Below are positions 1 to 13,848 of a stretch of 64,000 nt of DNA, piece by piece. The DNA lies in NCBI RefSeq assembly GCF_009914755.1, contig NC_060932.1. The stretch is one strand, 5' to 3'. Position 1 is the first letter of the stretch. The number at the start of each line of letters is the position of its first letter. A program made the translations under genes and the position numbers. The notes below the pieces were generated by a model. It worked only from the letters and a program-made list of their open reading frames with translations. It was not told the DNA's origin and ran no database searches. This DNA is from the human T2T-CHM13v2.0 reference genome, Homo sapiens.

Positions 1-332
1 GTTGGTCAGGATGGTCTTCAACTCCCGACCTCAGGTGATCTACCCGCCTCGGCATCCCAAAGTGCTGGGATTACAGGCATGAGCCACCGCCCCTGCCGAA
101 CATTTGTATTTCTTAACAGATACAAACATGGAAACAGGAGAGGACCCCTGAGATGACTGGAATAAAAATATTCCTTCCTAAGTAGCCAGCTACTTGAAAC
201 TGTGACTGAAGGGGGAAATCCCAGTATGTGGACTGCTTATACCTTTGAGAGCAGAAACTTAATTAATCTATTAATCTATTCATTACAGGTAACTCAAACT
301 TGGAAATAACATGACACTTTTGAGATTCATAT

Positions 333-338
333 TTTATT
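333..338 (-). promoter_or_regulatory. LSM1: LSM1 polyadenylation signal (AATAAA)
   Basis: tttatt on + strand = AATAAA on - strand, ~310 nt downstream of the LSM1 stop codon. Confidence 0.75.
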
Positions 339-648
339 TACAAGTAAATGAAGACTGTCCCTGTAAACTCTAATTTGGGATATGAAGAACAATATAAAGA
401 AGTAGTTGCTGGTGCCACAGTGATGTGTGAAGGAGTCTATGCCACTGTTTCTTTAAACAGTGATTTTGTTATTAAAAAAAAAACCCACCTACACGATTTC
501 TTCATGTTGCATATGTAAAATAATTAAAAATAAAAGTGACTTTTCAAAACTCTACAGTCTGTGATCAAATGCGTGAGGTGGCCAGGATGTCACTTTCACT
601 CAGTGACAGCCCCTACTCTTCAAGAGCCAACAGCCTCTGGGCAAAAGA

Positions 649-819
649 TTAGTACTCATCAAGAGTATCTGCTCGAGGAATGGAAAGACCTCGGTCCTTC
701 AGGGCCTGCACTTTCAACTTCTCTGCTTCCAGCTTGGTCTGCTGTTCCACCCTTTGTTCTTCTAGAATTTCTTCAATGGATACTTGCTGGAGGGGTGTGT
801 CACTCTCCTTTTCCAAGTC
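649..819 (-). CDS. LSM1: LSM1 coding exon 4 (DLEKESDTPLQQ...RADTLDEY*)
   Basis: Acceptor tag|GAC at 820/819, 171 nt ending in TAA (651-649); translation is the LSm1 C-terminal helical extension. Confidence 0.97.
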   Translation of the reverse strand, partial: DLEKESDTPLQQVSIEEILEEQRVEQQTKLEAEKLKVQALKDRGLSIPRADTLDEY

Positions 820-940
820 CTACAAAAGAGACAGGTTTGAAAACTTCACCTGAAGACCAAGAATAGAAAGCACAGATCTCAAGGCAAATGGATTCCTCTA
901 TCAGGCTCAGATTATTTTTCATAACTGTGACAGGAACTGA

Positions 941-1267
<327 letters not shown>

Positions 1268-2026
1268 TGATCTGCCTGCCTTGGCCTCTCAAAGTGCTGG
1301 GATTATAGGCAGTAATAAGTATTTGTATAACAGAGCTTTATGTGATCCAAAATCCCATATTAGTCAGGATTAATTTTCTATTAGTCCACGATTAATTTCC
1401 TTAAAAAAAAAAATTAGGGCTGCTTATAGACAGCTATCTCCCCCACTGCAGAGAATCCAAGAGGGAGGTTATTGAGGCAATGTGGCCTTAGACTTTTTTT
1501 TTTTTTTAATTATTTTAAGGACGGGTGGAGTGGCTCACAGTCGTAATCCCAGCACTTTGGGAGGCTGAGGTGGGAGGATCACTTGGGCCTAGGAGTTCGA
1601 GACCAGCCTGGGCAACACAGTGAGACCCTAACTAACTCCACCAAAAAACAAAACAAAAAAAAGCTGGTGTGGTGGTGTTCACCTACAGTTCCAGCTACTC
1701 AGGAGGCTGAGGTGGAAGGACTGCTTGAGCCTGGGAGGTTGAAGTTCAAGGCTGCAGTGAGCCATGAATGTGTCACTGCACTCCAGCCTCTGCAACAGCA
1801 AGACCGTCTCAAAAAAAGTAAAAAGACAAAAATAAAAAGGGATCCTCTTGCCTTTACCTCCTACGTAGCTGGGGCTACAGGTGTGCGCCACCGTACCAGC
1901 TCTGTAGTCTAGATCTAAACTGTAACAAGACTCTTTTTCCCTTTACGGCAACAAGTCTTCTAGGGAGAACCTCGGCAGACCATTTAGGTTACTAAACCAA
2001 TTTGGTCCCAATATTTTTCTCCACTA

Positions 2027-2355
<329 letters not shown>

Positions 2356-2464
2356 CTAATAAAAAATTCCTTATTTAAAAAATACACACTCATCGTAGAT
2401 AATATGGAAAATAGACAAACAAGGAAAATTTAAAAATTATCCATAATTCCAGTATGGAGGATTA

Positions 2465-2710
<246 letters not shown>

Positions 2711-2990
2711 TTAGCTGGGCGTGGTAACGTGTACCTATAGTCCCAGCTACTCATGAGGCTGAGGGGGGAGGATCACTTGAGCCCAGGAGTTTGAGGCTGC
2801 AGTGAGCTGTGATCACACCACTGCAGTCAGCCTAGATAACAAAGTGAGACGCTGCCTCAAAAACAAACCCCTCCCAAAAACCCACAATGCAAATACTGAC
2901 TTTAATTCGTTTTTTCACTTAAATGTGGCATAGTATGCTTAATATTTTTATTTTTGAATGTTTTATAAACATTTTTCATTAATTATTTTT

Positions 2991-3097
2991 AAAGATATAG
3001 AAGACTTCATGAATTTGCGTGTCATCCTTAAGCAGGGGCCGTGCTAATCTTCTCTGTGTTGTTCCAATTTTAGTAGATGTGCTGCCAATGTGAGCAC
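2991..3097 (-). pseudogene. U6 snRNA retropseudogene (full length, diverged)
   Basis: Reverse complement reads GTGCTCACATTGGCAGCACATCTACTAAAATTGGAACAACACAGAGAAGATTAGCACGGCCCCTGCTTAAGGATGACACGCAAATTCATGAAG..., colinear with U6; flanking direct repeat atttttcatt at 2971-2980 and 3098-3107; upstream sequence is an Alu tail rather than a PSE/TATA promoter. Confidence 0.95.
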
Positions 3098-4904
3098 ATT
3101 TTTCATTTTTTTAGAGACAGGATCTTGCTCTGTTGCCCAGGGTGGAGTGCAGTGGCACAATCACAGCTCACCATGATCTGAAACTCTTGGGCTGAAGTGA
3201 TCCTCCTGCCTCAGCCTCCTAAGTAGCTGGAACTACAGGCATGTGCCACCACATCTGGCATTAAATCTTTTTTCTTTTTGTAGAGATGGGGTCTTGCTAT
3301 GTTGCCCAGGCTGGTCTCAAACTTCTGGCCTCAAGCATCCTCTTGCCTTGGCCTCCCAAAGTGTGAGCCACTGTGCCTGGCCCTTATAAACATTTGCTAA
3401 CCAATGTCATAATGCAGAAGAACCTTGCTAAAAAAGTATCTCACTGTCCATAGATTCAGTTTATTGTCCTTAAAATGAATGTACAGGTATTATTTGGTGT
3501 TTTTGTAAGATGGAAAGCCTATACAAAGTATTCCTGTTTCTTACCCTCCTCTATGACTTTCAATGATAAAAGTTTGGGACGGTACTGACACACTTCTCCA
3601 GATGCTCTGCCCTGCATACTATTACCACATGCTGCCAAGGTCTCAGAACTCACAGGCAGTGGCATTATCAGTCAGAGAGGACTCTCACCACAGAAGTTAC
3701 AATGAAAGCCACACAAATTACATAAGCAAGCCCTGCTCTAGGTCCAAAGTTAACAGCACCCAGCAAAGTATATATTACCACCTGCCCTCCCAACCCATGA
3801 GTAGCAGCTAAAGAGAGCACAGTGTTCTCGGCCTAATGCACTGCCTCTTGGGCTTTTCAGTATGTGACTTGCTAAGCAATTCATGCTGCTGTTGCTGCTT
3901 CTTCCCAACAGTCTTATTACTTAATGCTGTGTCATCATCATCGTCCTTGAGGCAGAATTCAGGGATTTCTTAACCAATATAGTGTTTACAGAAACTGATT
4001 TCTATGTATGAATTCCTCTGGGGTTGGTACATAATTTCTCCTGATTGCTGATTCACATAACAATGCAGGCATTCCTGGAACCAAGTTTCTGTAGTGGTAC
4101 CCCTGTAAAACTTCTGCAGCATCCAAACCATAACATATTTTTTTAAAAAAGGGAACTTTTCCTCACAAAAGGGATCCAAGGAAACAATTAAACTTCAAGA
4201 ACAAACACGTTCACCTCTTTCTCTGCACAAACACACACATCTACTTAGATGTAACTTTGTGCCAATGTAACCAGTATAAAAAGCATGTCTGCTATGTTTA
4301 CTACTATAAAACAGAAGCATATCTGTGAATATTTTCTTGAGAAAGGGTCTTGCTCTGTTACCCAGGTTGGAGTGCAGTGGTACAATCATGGCTCACTGTA
4401 GCCTCGACCTCCCTGAGCTCAGGTGAATCTCCCACCTCAGCCTCCCAAGTAGCTGGGACTGGTGATGTGCACCATCACCCCTGGCTAATTTTTGTATTTT
4501 TTTGTAAAGACAGGGTTTGGCCATGTTGCCCAGGCTGGTCTCTTGCAGCTTAAGCGATCTGCCTGCCTCGGCCTCCCAAAGTACTGGGATTACAGACGTG
4601 AGCCACTGCACCCACCCCAGTATTTTAACTTAAGTTTTTTCCTCTGATACGTTGCCTCTTCAAAATTAAATTCAGAAAAGTATTTTTAAAAATCATCTAT
4701 AACCCCACCATGCAGAGATGGGTCAGCTCCCCTATATACTGGCAGTATCAAGCACAGTGGCATGTACCTATAGTCCCGGCTACTTGGGAGGCTGAGACAG
4801 GAGGATTGCCTAAGCCTAGGAGTTTGAATCTAGCCTGGGCAACATAGTGAGACCCCATCTCTGGAAGAAAAAAAATACTGGCAGACTACTTTACAGTCAT
4901 GTAG

Positions 4905-5145
<241 letters not shown>

Positions 5146-5247
5146 TAGCCAGGATGGTCTCGATCTCCTGACCTTGTGATCCGCCCGCCTCAGCCTCCCG
5201 AAGTGCTGGGATTACAGGCGTGAGGCACCGCACCTGGCCTTGTTTCA

Positions 5248-5655
<408 letters not shown>

Positions 5656-6780
5656 CTACAAAAATATTTTATAAGAAAAATTTTTATAAGTATTACTTAT
5701 AAATATTTTATAAGTAAGAAAAAGCTATTTCATATATTTCACAGCATATATTTCATATATTCATATATTTCATATACTTCATATATTTCACTTGGGCAGT
5801 ATTGATAGTCTGGATTAGTCATTTCTAGCTATTTCCAATATGAGGTCTCTGAACCAACCCAACCCTAGCAGAATTATCTCCTTGCTTTCTCAAATGGCTG
5901 TTAAAAATGGCTACAAACCAAACCACTCTAAAGATTTCTGCAAACTGATTTAAGACATGGCTAGGTATTTAGAAAACAGTATTAAAAACTTTAAAAATTA
6001 AGCAAACACCAAAGTTTTTGGTAAGAAAAAAGAAGACAGTGCTGGCTCAACCCTTAATTTCAACTACTCTTGAAGAGATTTTTATTTTCCTTGCAAACCC
6101 AATAATCAGAAATAACAAGATGAAATCAAAGGTTTTAAATAAGATACTTTAAAAAAAAATCTGAGTACTTCTAGTAGGGGTGTGTGTGTGTATGTCTGCA
6201 CACACGAAGACCTACAGCAACAATACCTCAGAAAATCTGATTTAACCTTTCACCTGCCAGCTGGTCTTTCTGGCACAGATACCAAAATACCCTCTCCCTG
6301 GCTGTGAGCTAAGGATCCAAGTAAGACTGAACTCCATTCTCGGGATAGGTAACGGAAAAGCTTTTCCTATAGCTACTCTTTCCCTTTCCCCCTTTACTAA
6401 TATGGATATCACATTGTACTGTACAGGCAATATGTACTTCCCTGAAATACTGTGCATTAGCTTTATGCCATGAAAAACCACTTGTAACCAATTGTTTAAA
6501 TGACTGCAAAATATTCCAACGTATGTAAGACACACCTTCCCCAGCATATATAAATCAAGCTTTGTCAATTTTCTGCTATTAAACAAATATATTAATGAAC
6601 ACATTTGTTAAGGCACTGAAACAAAGTATTCTCTGTAGCTTCCCTAAATTAATTTGGTAGTTGCCTAGGAGAAGCCAGATAAATGTGGAGAATATTTTTA
6701 TTCTCTTTTGAAAAGACAAAAAAAGAAGTCTAACTAGCATGAATATGAAGATCTACAGCAGCTTAATAGTTTTCACTTAC

Positions 6781-6896
6781 TATTTCTCCTAGTAGGACCA
6801 CATTTTCTCCTCTGACCACAAAAATCCCTCGAGGAATATCACCGTATTTTTTGCCCACATGAATACGCTCCACAGTCTGATGTAGCACTAAGTTTG
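6781..6896 (-). CDS. LSM1: LSM1 coding exon 3 (ANLVLHQTVERIHVGKKYGDIPRGIFVVRGENVVLLGEI; Sm2 motif)
   Basis: cag|CAAAC acceptor, ATA|gtaagt donor, 116 nt, contains the Sm-fold VRGENV motif. Confidence 0.97.
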
Positions 6897-8943
6897 CTGT
6901 AAGTGTATAGGGAAAAACCAAAGATATTTAGTTTAAACTACTGGGTAAAGGCCCATAACTCAATAATCAGTTATTTTGAAAAGATTTAGGTAAACATGAT
7001 TTCCAAGCTTTCTAATTATTTTTATTTATTTATTTTTTGAGACCGAGTCTCGCTCTGTCACCCAGGCTGGACTGCAGTGGCGCCATCTCAGCTCACTGCA
7101 ACCTCTGCCTACTGGTTCAAGCAATTCTCCTGCCTCAGATTCCGGAGTAGCTGGGACTACAGGTGCCTGCCACCACTCCCGGCTAATTCTGTATTTTTAG
7201 CAGAGACAGGGATCACCACATTGGCCAGGCTGGTCTTGAACTCCTGGCCTTGTGATCCGCCCACCTCGGCCTTCCAAAGTGCTGGGATTACAGGCGTGAG
7301 CCACAGTGCCGGGCCCCCAAGCTTTCTAATTCTGGGGAAGGCTAAAATTTCAAATAATCTTCTCCTATTTCATTGAGTAAGACGTACCAGTTAGGAGATG
7401 TCTGGGATTATGTTGGGCTAATACATGAATGACAGCAGAAATAAGAGAAATAAATTCCTTTATCAGTTAATTGCTAATACCAAAAAAAACCATAGGAAAA
7501 TATAAATGAATAAGGAACTTGGAAAACTTGGGCCTAAACAACCACAGAGATCAAAACTTTTGTTTTCTGGAAAGAAACAGCTTTTCTTTTTGTGTGGGTG
7601 TGTATGTGATGATCTGCTGAAGATTCAACTTTCTTTTAGTAATTAGGATTCATTTGACCCAACGCAGGTATCCATGGGTTATGATACAGCAAAAACCTAT
7701 TTTTTCACCTTGACAGATAACTATATTTGTAATCTAAAAGTCAACTTAATAGCCACTACCCTTCCCTCAAAGTACTCTGATGAATCTGACTTAAGAATCA
7801 GGACTCCAATTTGTTAACAATAATTATTTTTCCTCTTTCAATTAGTACTACTTGTCCTATTTGAAGTAAAGGAGAAATCTATGTTCATATCTTCCATAAT
7901 CCTTTTAAGTGTTTTAATTACGTTTCTTCCTCATGCTCAAATCCAGTGATTTCGCAGATATCCAATAAATGTTAGCATGAACATGAAGTTCCTTGAAACA
8001 GAAGGAAACATAATCTTTTAACTTAAGAAAAATGCAGGATGCGAAACAAAGACAGAGGCCTCTTATTCCAATGTATCCCTATATGTAAAGTATTAAGCTT
8101 AATGTTGGGGTCCTTAAAATAAAGGAAATGCCTTCTACCCAATTTTCATTGGCTAGGGAGGGATTACCTTCACTTCCGGAACTGCTCTGAAGTCATTTTA
8201 CCCTGCCAATGTAGAAATAAGCAGCCTTGGGCCGGGCACAATGGCTCGCGCCTATAATCTCAGCACTATGGGAGCTAAGACCAGCCTTCCAGCTGTCCCC
8301 ACTGATGCACCAGACATGTGAGTGAAGCTCCTTCAAACCAGCTGACTCACCTTCTAGACACCAAGGGACTGTCCTAAAACCATGAGGAGCAGAACAACTG
8401 CCCAGCTCAGCTGGGTGGGTGGATCACCTAAGGTCAGGAGTTTGAAACCAGCCTGGCCAACATGGCGAAACCCCGTCTCTACTAAAAATACAAAAATTAG
8501 CTGGGGGTGGTGGCTGGAGCCTATAATCTCAGCTACTTGGGAGGCTGAGGCACAAGAATCACTTGAACCCAAGAGGCGGAGGTTGCAGTGAGCCAAGATT
8601 GTGCCACTGCACTCCAGCCTGGGTGACCGAGAGCGCGTCTAAACAAAAAACAAAACAAAACAAAACAAGCCTCTTCGGTGGACTGAGTTTATTTCTATCA
8701 TTTGGCTCCCCCTACTGGGGATTCTACTGAAAGCCAGTTTTAGAAACGAGCTTGGAAATATATATAAGCTTTGAACCACCTAATCTGAATGTATAGAAAA
8801 CAATGATGTACTCACTAAAATCAGTCCTACTAGGTCACACACGTGAAAAAGTTGCAGATAAATTTCAATATTAAATAACAAAAAATGCAATGGGCTGCTG
8901 TTATTATCCAGAGTATAAGAGATGTCCATAAATTAATACATAC

Positions 8944-9012
8944 CAAATTGATCAATGCTTCTTAAAAAGCCTATAAGTGTCCTTCCATCTCGAAGCAGAA
9001 CCAAGTGCTTTT
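8944..9012 (-). CDS. LSM1: LSM1 coding exon 2 (KKHLVLLRDGRTLIGFLRSIDQF; Sm1 motif)
   Basis: cag|AAAAG acceptor, TTTG|gtatgt donor, 69 nt, Sm1 motif LRDGR..G.L...DQF. Confidence 0.97.
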
Positions 9013-9259
9013 CTGGGGAGAGAGGAAAAAATCTTTTAAATGAAAACTGACAAGTTCAGCGAGTATTTAGGATAATAATTAACAGTTTAAGCTGTACCAC
9101 TTCCTCGGCCAATGCATTTAATGTGAAGTTCAAGTTCATTGGAAAACTGAAAAAAGCAGCACAGCAACGCGGATTTAGATAACATCAGTAGTGAAAAGAA
9201 TCAGAGCAGTGTGGCAGAGTGGGAAAAGGACAGGGCGTGGCACCAGGAAGCCTGACTAG

Positions 9260-9508
<249 letters not shown>

Positions 9509-9824
9509 TAGGCTGGTCTCAAACTCCTGACTTCAGATGATCCATCCACCTCCACCTCCCAAAGTGCTGGGATTACAGGCGTGAACCATGGCGCCTAGCC
9601 AAAGACCCTTATGTTTGACACTTAAACCATCTCATGTCATGTCAGTTTTTATATCTGTAAATTGACAAATTTAATCTAGATGACTATTATCTTATTTGTA
9701 GAATTATTTTGTCCTCAAAAGATGAGCTTCTATCTCACATTTTGTTTGTAACCATAGAAGGCTTTAAATAAAAACACAATGCTTCAGGCATTTAAAATGA
9801 AGACTAATAATAAGCTAGAGCAGA

Positions 9825-11500
9825 AATTCAATGTTTACTGAGGGGGCATGTGCTGTTCTGGGGTCTAGACATACAGTAGAGAATGAGACTTAGAAAGTCA
9901 CCAACCTTATGAATTTATATTCATGTTGGAGGAGGACAAATAAATAAGAAAATAACCTATTGTGATTAGGACAATGGAATAATAAACTAGCAAGGCAGTA
10001 TGATGAAGGGAGAGAAGTGGTTACAGAAGGAAGGGTGGCAAGGGAAAGCCTCTCTGAAGAGGTGACTTTGAGCTGACACTGAAGAATGAAAATAAGCCAG
10101 TTACTAGCGCACCCAGCAAAATTTCTTTCATTCCATGCCTAAAGTACTTTCTAGATGCAGAACAGAGGAAAAACACAGTGACTCTGCCCTGAAGGAATTT
10201 ATACTCTTCCTTGCGCTATAAATAAGTACCACAGAAAGCAAATCTTAATTATATGAGACTACAGAGAGAGAAACTGTATTTCTGAAGGAGGTATCAGAGT
10301 TGGACCTTAAAAGGTAGATAATTTTAGGGCACAAGAAGAGTGATAGGAAGGGGGCGGGGGGGGAGAAGGAAATCTGTAAATTAAAGAGGAGGAAAAAAGG
10401 GCTATACATCCATGTTTAGCTAAAAGCTGAGGGTGTGAAGGGAAAGAACAGTAGATAAAGTCAGAAAAGTACTGGGCGCAGGCTGCATCTGGATTTGACT
10501 TCATAGGGAACAAGAAAACATTAAGTGATGGAGTCTGTTTACTGAGTTTGTATAAGTGGGTATGTGTGAGAGGGTGGGGTGCTGAAGATGTGAGGTAAAG
10601 ATGTAGGAGTTTTATGAGACATCACAAAACTATTTACCAAGAGTTGGGAATAAAAGCAGCAAGCTCAGGGTGAAGGTTATTAGCTCTTTGTGATTCTAAA
10701 GTGCTATCAGGACACTTAATAGAAACACACGCAGATAGTTGGAAACAGTAAGACTGGAAAACCAAAGACATCAAGATTAGAGAAAGCAATTTTGGATAAA
10801 TCTACAAAGAGGTGATATAAAAAACTAAAGTACAGGAGATCTACTAAAGATTTAAAGAAGTAGGCCACATGTAATCCAAGTGACCATCTATTTTGGAGAA
10901 CAGTAAGAGCCAGAGAAGTAAGAAAATCACCAAGTACCAGTTGTTAGAGAAATCAAGAGAAGAGAATTAAAGAATCTGGTGGGGAGAGTATCACAGTGCT
11001 GCAAAGGGGAGAGAACACAGAAGAAGACCTTAGACGAATAACTTTGAAGAATGCAGCTTGAGTAATTTCAGGATAAAAATTAGATTGCAGGAGTAATGTA
11101 AGTAGTCTATTGAAGGTGATCAAGAAACAGACAAAATGAAAATGACTCGAGGTTTGGGGATAAAGATATGAAAAAAGGGATGGGCATATGAAGAGAACGG
11201 AGAAAATATTTGAGATGGATAGACAGTAACACATGAGGGGAAGAACGCAGGGGTTGGGGAGACAGAGGATATAAAAGAAAAAGGCTAACAACGAAAAAAG
11301 GTTCCAGAAGCAGTGAGAGGAGACAGTAACAACAGACAGACAAAAAGGGAGGAATCCTTCCTACTCAAATTAAAGGATGGGTGAAAATACAGAAACACAA
11401 GGAGGAAACTGTGTGTTAGGGTTGGGGAGCAAAGGGTGCATATCAAATGGCTTCAAAGTTTTCATAAAGTAGGGGGTCTGGAATCTACAAAGAGGTAGGG
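9825..11500 (-). mobile_element. Degenerate L2 LINE fragments (purine-rich on + strand)
   Basis: aaattcaatgtttactgag...tgctgttctggggtctagacatacag and gcctctctgaagaggtgactttgagctgacactgaagaatga resemble the reverse complement of the L2 3' end; boundaries approximate. Confidence 0.55.
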
Positions 11501-11837
11501 GTTAGAGGGCCAAAGAGCAAAACTGATTTTTAGTAAAATGGCAGGATGTGTTAGAGGATATATAAGGAGAGATGAGGGCAAAAGAGCATCCTCGAGCAAC
11601 TAAAACATCCTGTTACACGTAACAGGTTCATATAGATGTTAATATATATTTAGTCCAATTACACTACATTTCCCTTACATAGCACAATAAGTAATTTGTG
11701 TTTAAAAAAATGATCTGTCGGCCGGAGGCGGTGGCTCACGCCTGTAATCCCAGTACTCTGGGAGGCCGAGGTGGGTGGATCACCTGAGGTCAGGAGTTGG
11801 AGACCAGACTGCCCAGCATGGCGAAACCTCGTCTCTA

Positions 11838-12254
<417 letters not shown>

Positions 12255-13253
12255 TAGGCTGGTCTTGAACTCCCGACCTCAGGCGATCTGCCCGCCTCGG
12301 CCCCCCAAAGTGCTGGGATTACAGGCGTGAGCCACCGCGCCAGGCCCGTAAAATGAAATTTTAACCATAGATTCTAAATTGCGTATTCACAGAGTAACTG
12401 AGACGATTGCAACTTATTTAAAACTATGTGTAAATCATCTTGAAACAAGTTAATGAGAAAGATCACATGATTAAAACAATAAAAAATGTTGCTTGAGGAA
12501 TAATGCACAGACGGAATTTAGAAAAAAGGAAAGCCAGAACAACTGCAGACGGTTCTTTTCGCTTTTGTATAGGACTGAGCTCCTCTTCCGGACAAAAACC
12601 AGGAATAAGGGAGGTCTTCTTAGTAAAAGCAAAAGTAAATTGTCTTAAAAAAAAAAAAAAGGTTGCAAGTGATTTGGTCTTTCCAGAAAAGTCAATACCA
12701 TGTCTAACAGTGGTCTCTACTACAATAACCTGAAGGTGCTAATGACCCTCACAGTAAAATAAGCTAGCAAATGGCCACACCGTAGAGCGCCTACATTTAC
12801 TGCCAATTAAGTCCAACTGCCGCTGTCTTAATATTTTCGCTTTTTAATGAATCCTCTCTCTAGGTATTCCGATCCATCCACCGGTAACACGCTGATACTT
12901 CGAAATACTGCAGGCAGGAGTGGACGGGGGAGAAGCCCCCCCCCTCCCCGGGCTTCTTTCGTGTTCGGGCCTCTGCTGCCGCGATCCACGGAAGCAAGAA
13001 TGAGTTCCATCGCTTGGGGCTCACCAGCTAGAGGGCTGGCGGAGGCTGCGAGGGGCAGAAGTAGCAGCAGGCTACTGGGTGGGCAAGCGGTGTGTACCGC
13101 AGCTGTGGAGGACATCGACGCGGAACGCCCGGATTGAGCTCAGAACACACCGGCCCCGCCCGGGACTCATTCTACAAGCTTCTTCGGAAGAGGCGCCCGC
13201 CCGGGAGGAAGGGTCTAACCCCGGGCTCCACCGGGAGGAGATAAACTACTCAC

Positions 13254-13299
13254 TGTCAATGTCCTCGATGAGGCTGGCGGTGCCAGGCATATAGTTCAT
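13254..13299 (-). CDS. LSM1: LSM1 coding exon 1 (MNYMPGTASLIEDID)
   Basis: ATG at 13299, donor GACA|gtgagt at 13254/13253; the four exons total 46+69+116+171=402 nt = 133 aa + stop. Confidence 0.97.
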
Positions 13300-13848
13300 T
13301 TTGAACTGAAATAATGCTGCAATGCACAGCGGCGGGAGGCCAGCGCGTCCAAAACCTCTTCCCTCCTACCGCAGTCGCCGCCTCGGTGGGACCAAGCCCG
13401 GAATCCCGACCGAGACCAGCACTTCTGCCCCGGCTTTCAGCCGCCGGGGGCTGCCGGAAGCTCCTCCATATTACCCTTACCCACTTCCTGTAACACGTGT
13501 GGGCCCCCAGGAAGAGGCGGGGCAGCCGTACCGTTGGGGGACACCCTTTCCCTGTTCCTGTTAAGTAGGTAAGAGGAAACTCCATTGGATAAATGGCGAG
13601 GAAACGTATACTCCCTCTTAAGGAACACGGTGTCTTCCTTCGTCTCCGGGTTCCCGAGACCCCAGAGTCACTGACCTCCGTCCCTCAGCTTTCGGGGTTC
13701 GGCAGCAGAAGGGGCGGGCCCGGGCCTGGGATTGGCTGGCGTCGTCCGACCCCCTTCGCTGCTCTCCATTCGCAATCGCCCGCGGGCGCCTGCGCGATGG
13801 GTCGGCCGTGGGGAGCGGGGCGGGAAGCGCTTCAGGGCAGCGGATCCC

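Noticed and set aside
561-866. 101-aa plus-strand ORF
   Set aside because: Antisense shadow of LSM1 exon 4 with a GTG start; no independent gene structure
2991-3097. Functional U6 snRNA gene
   Set aside because: Multiple substitutions including in the internal stem-loop, a TSD, and no upstream PSE/TATA
3400-4330. Repeat-poor intronic stretch with short ORFs (3563-3811 +, 3970-4179 -) as a hidden exon or retrogene
   Set aside because: No recognisable protein similarity in the frames I read and no convincing acceptor/donor pair; cannot be supported without conservation data
10953-11343. Hydrophobic Leu/Phe/Ser-rich minus-strand ORFs resembling membrane proteins
   Set aside because: A by-product of pyrimidine-rich, L2-like low-complexity sequence
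12828-13294. Overlapping 70-96 aa ORFs on both strands in LSM1 intron 1
   Set aside because: Expected from stop-codon scarcity in a CpG island; no homology recognised
13732-13848. In-frame non-AUG N-terminal extension of BAG4 (by analogy to BAG1L)
   Set aside because: The frame is open, but the TTG start lies in the CCAAT box, probably upstream of the TSS; no good near-cognate start seen
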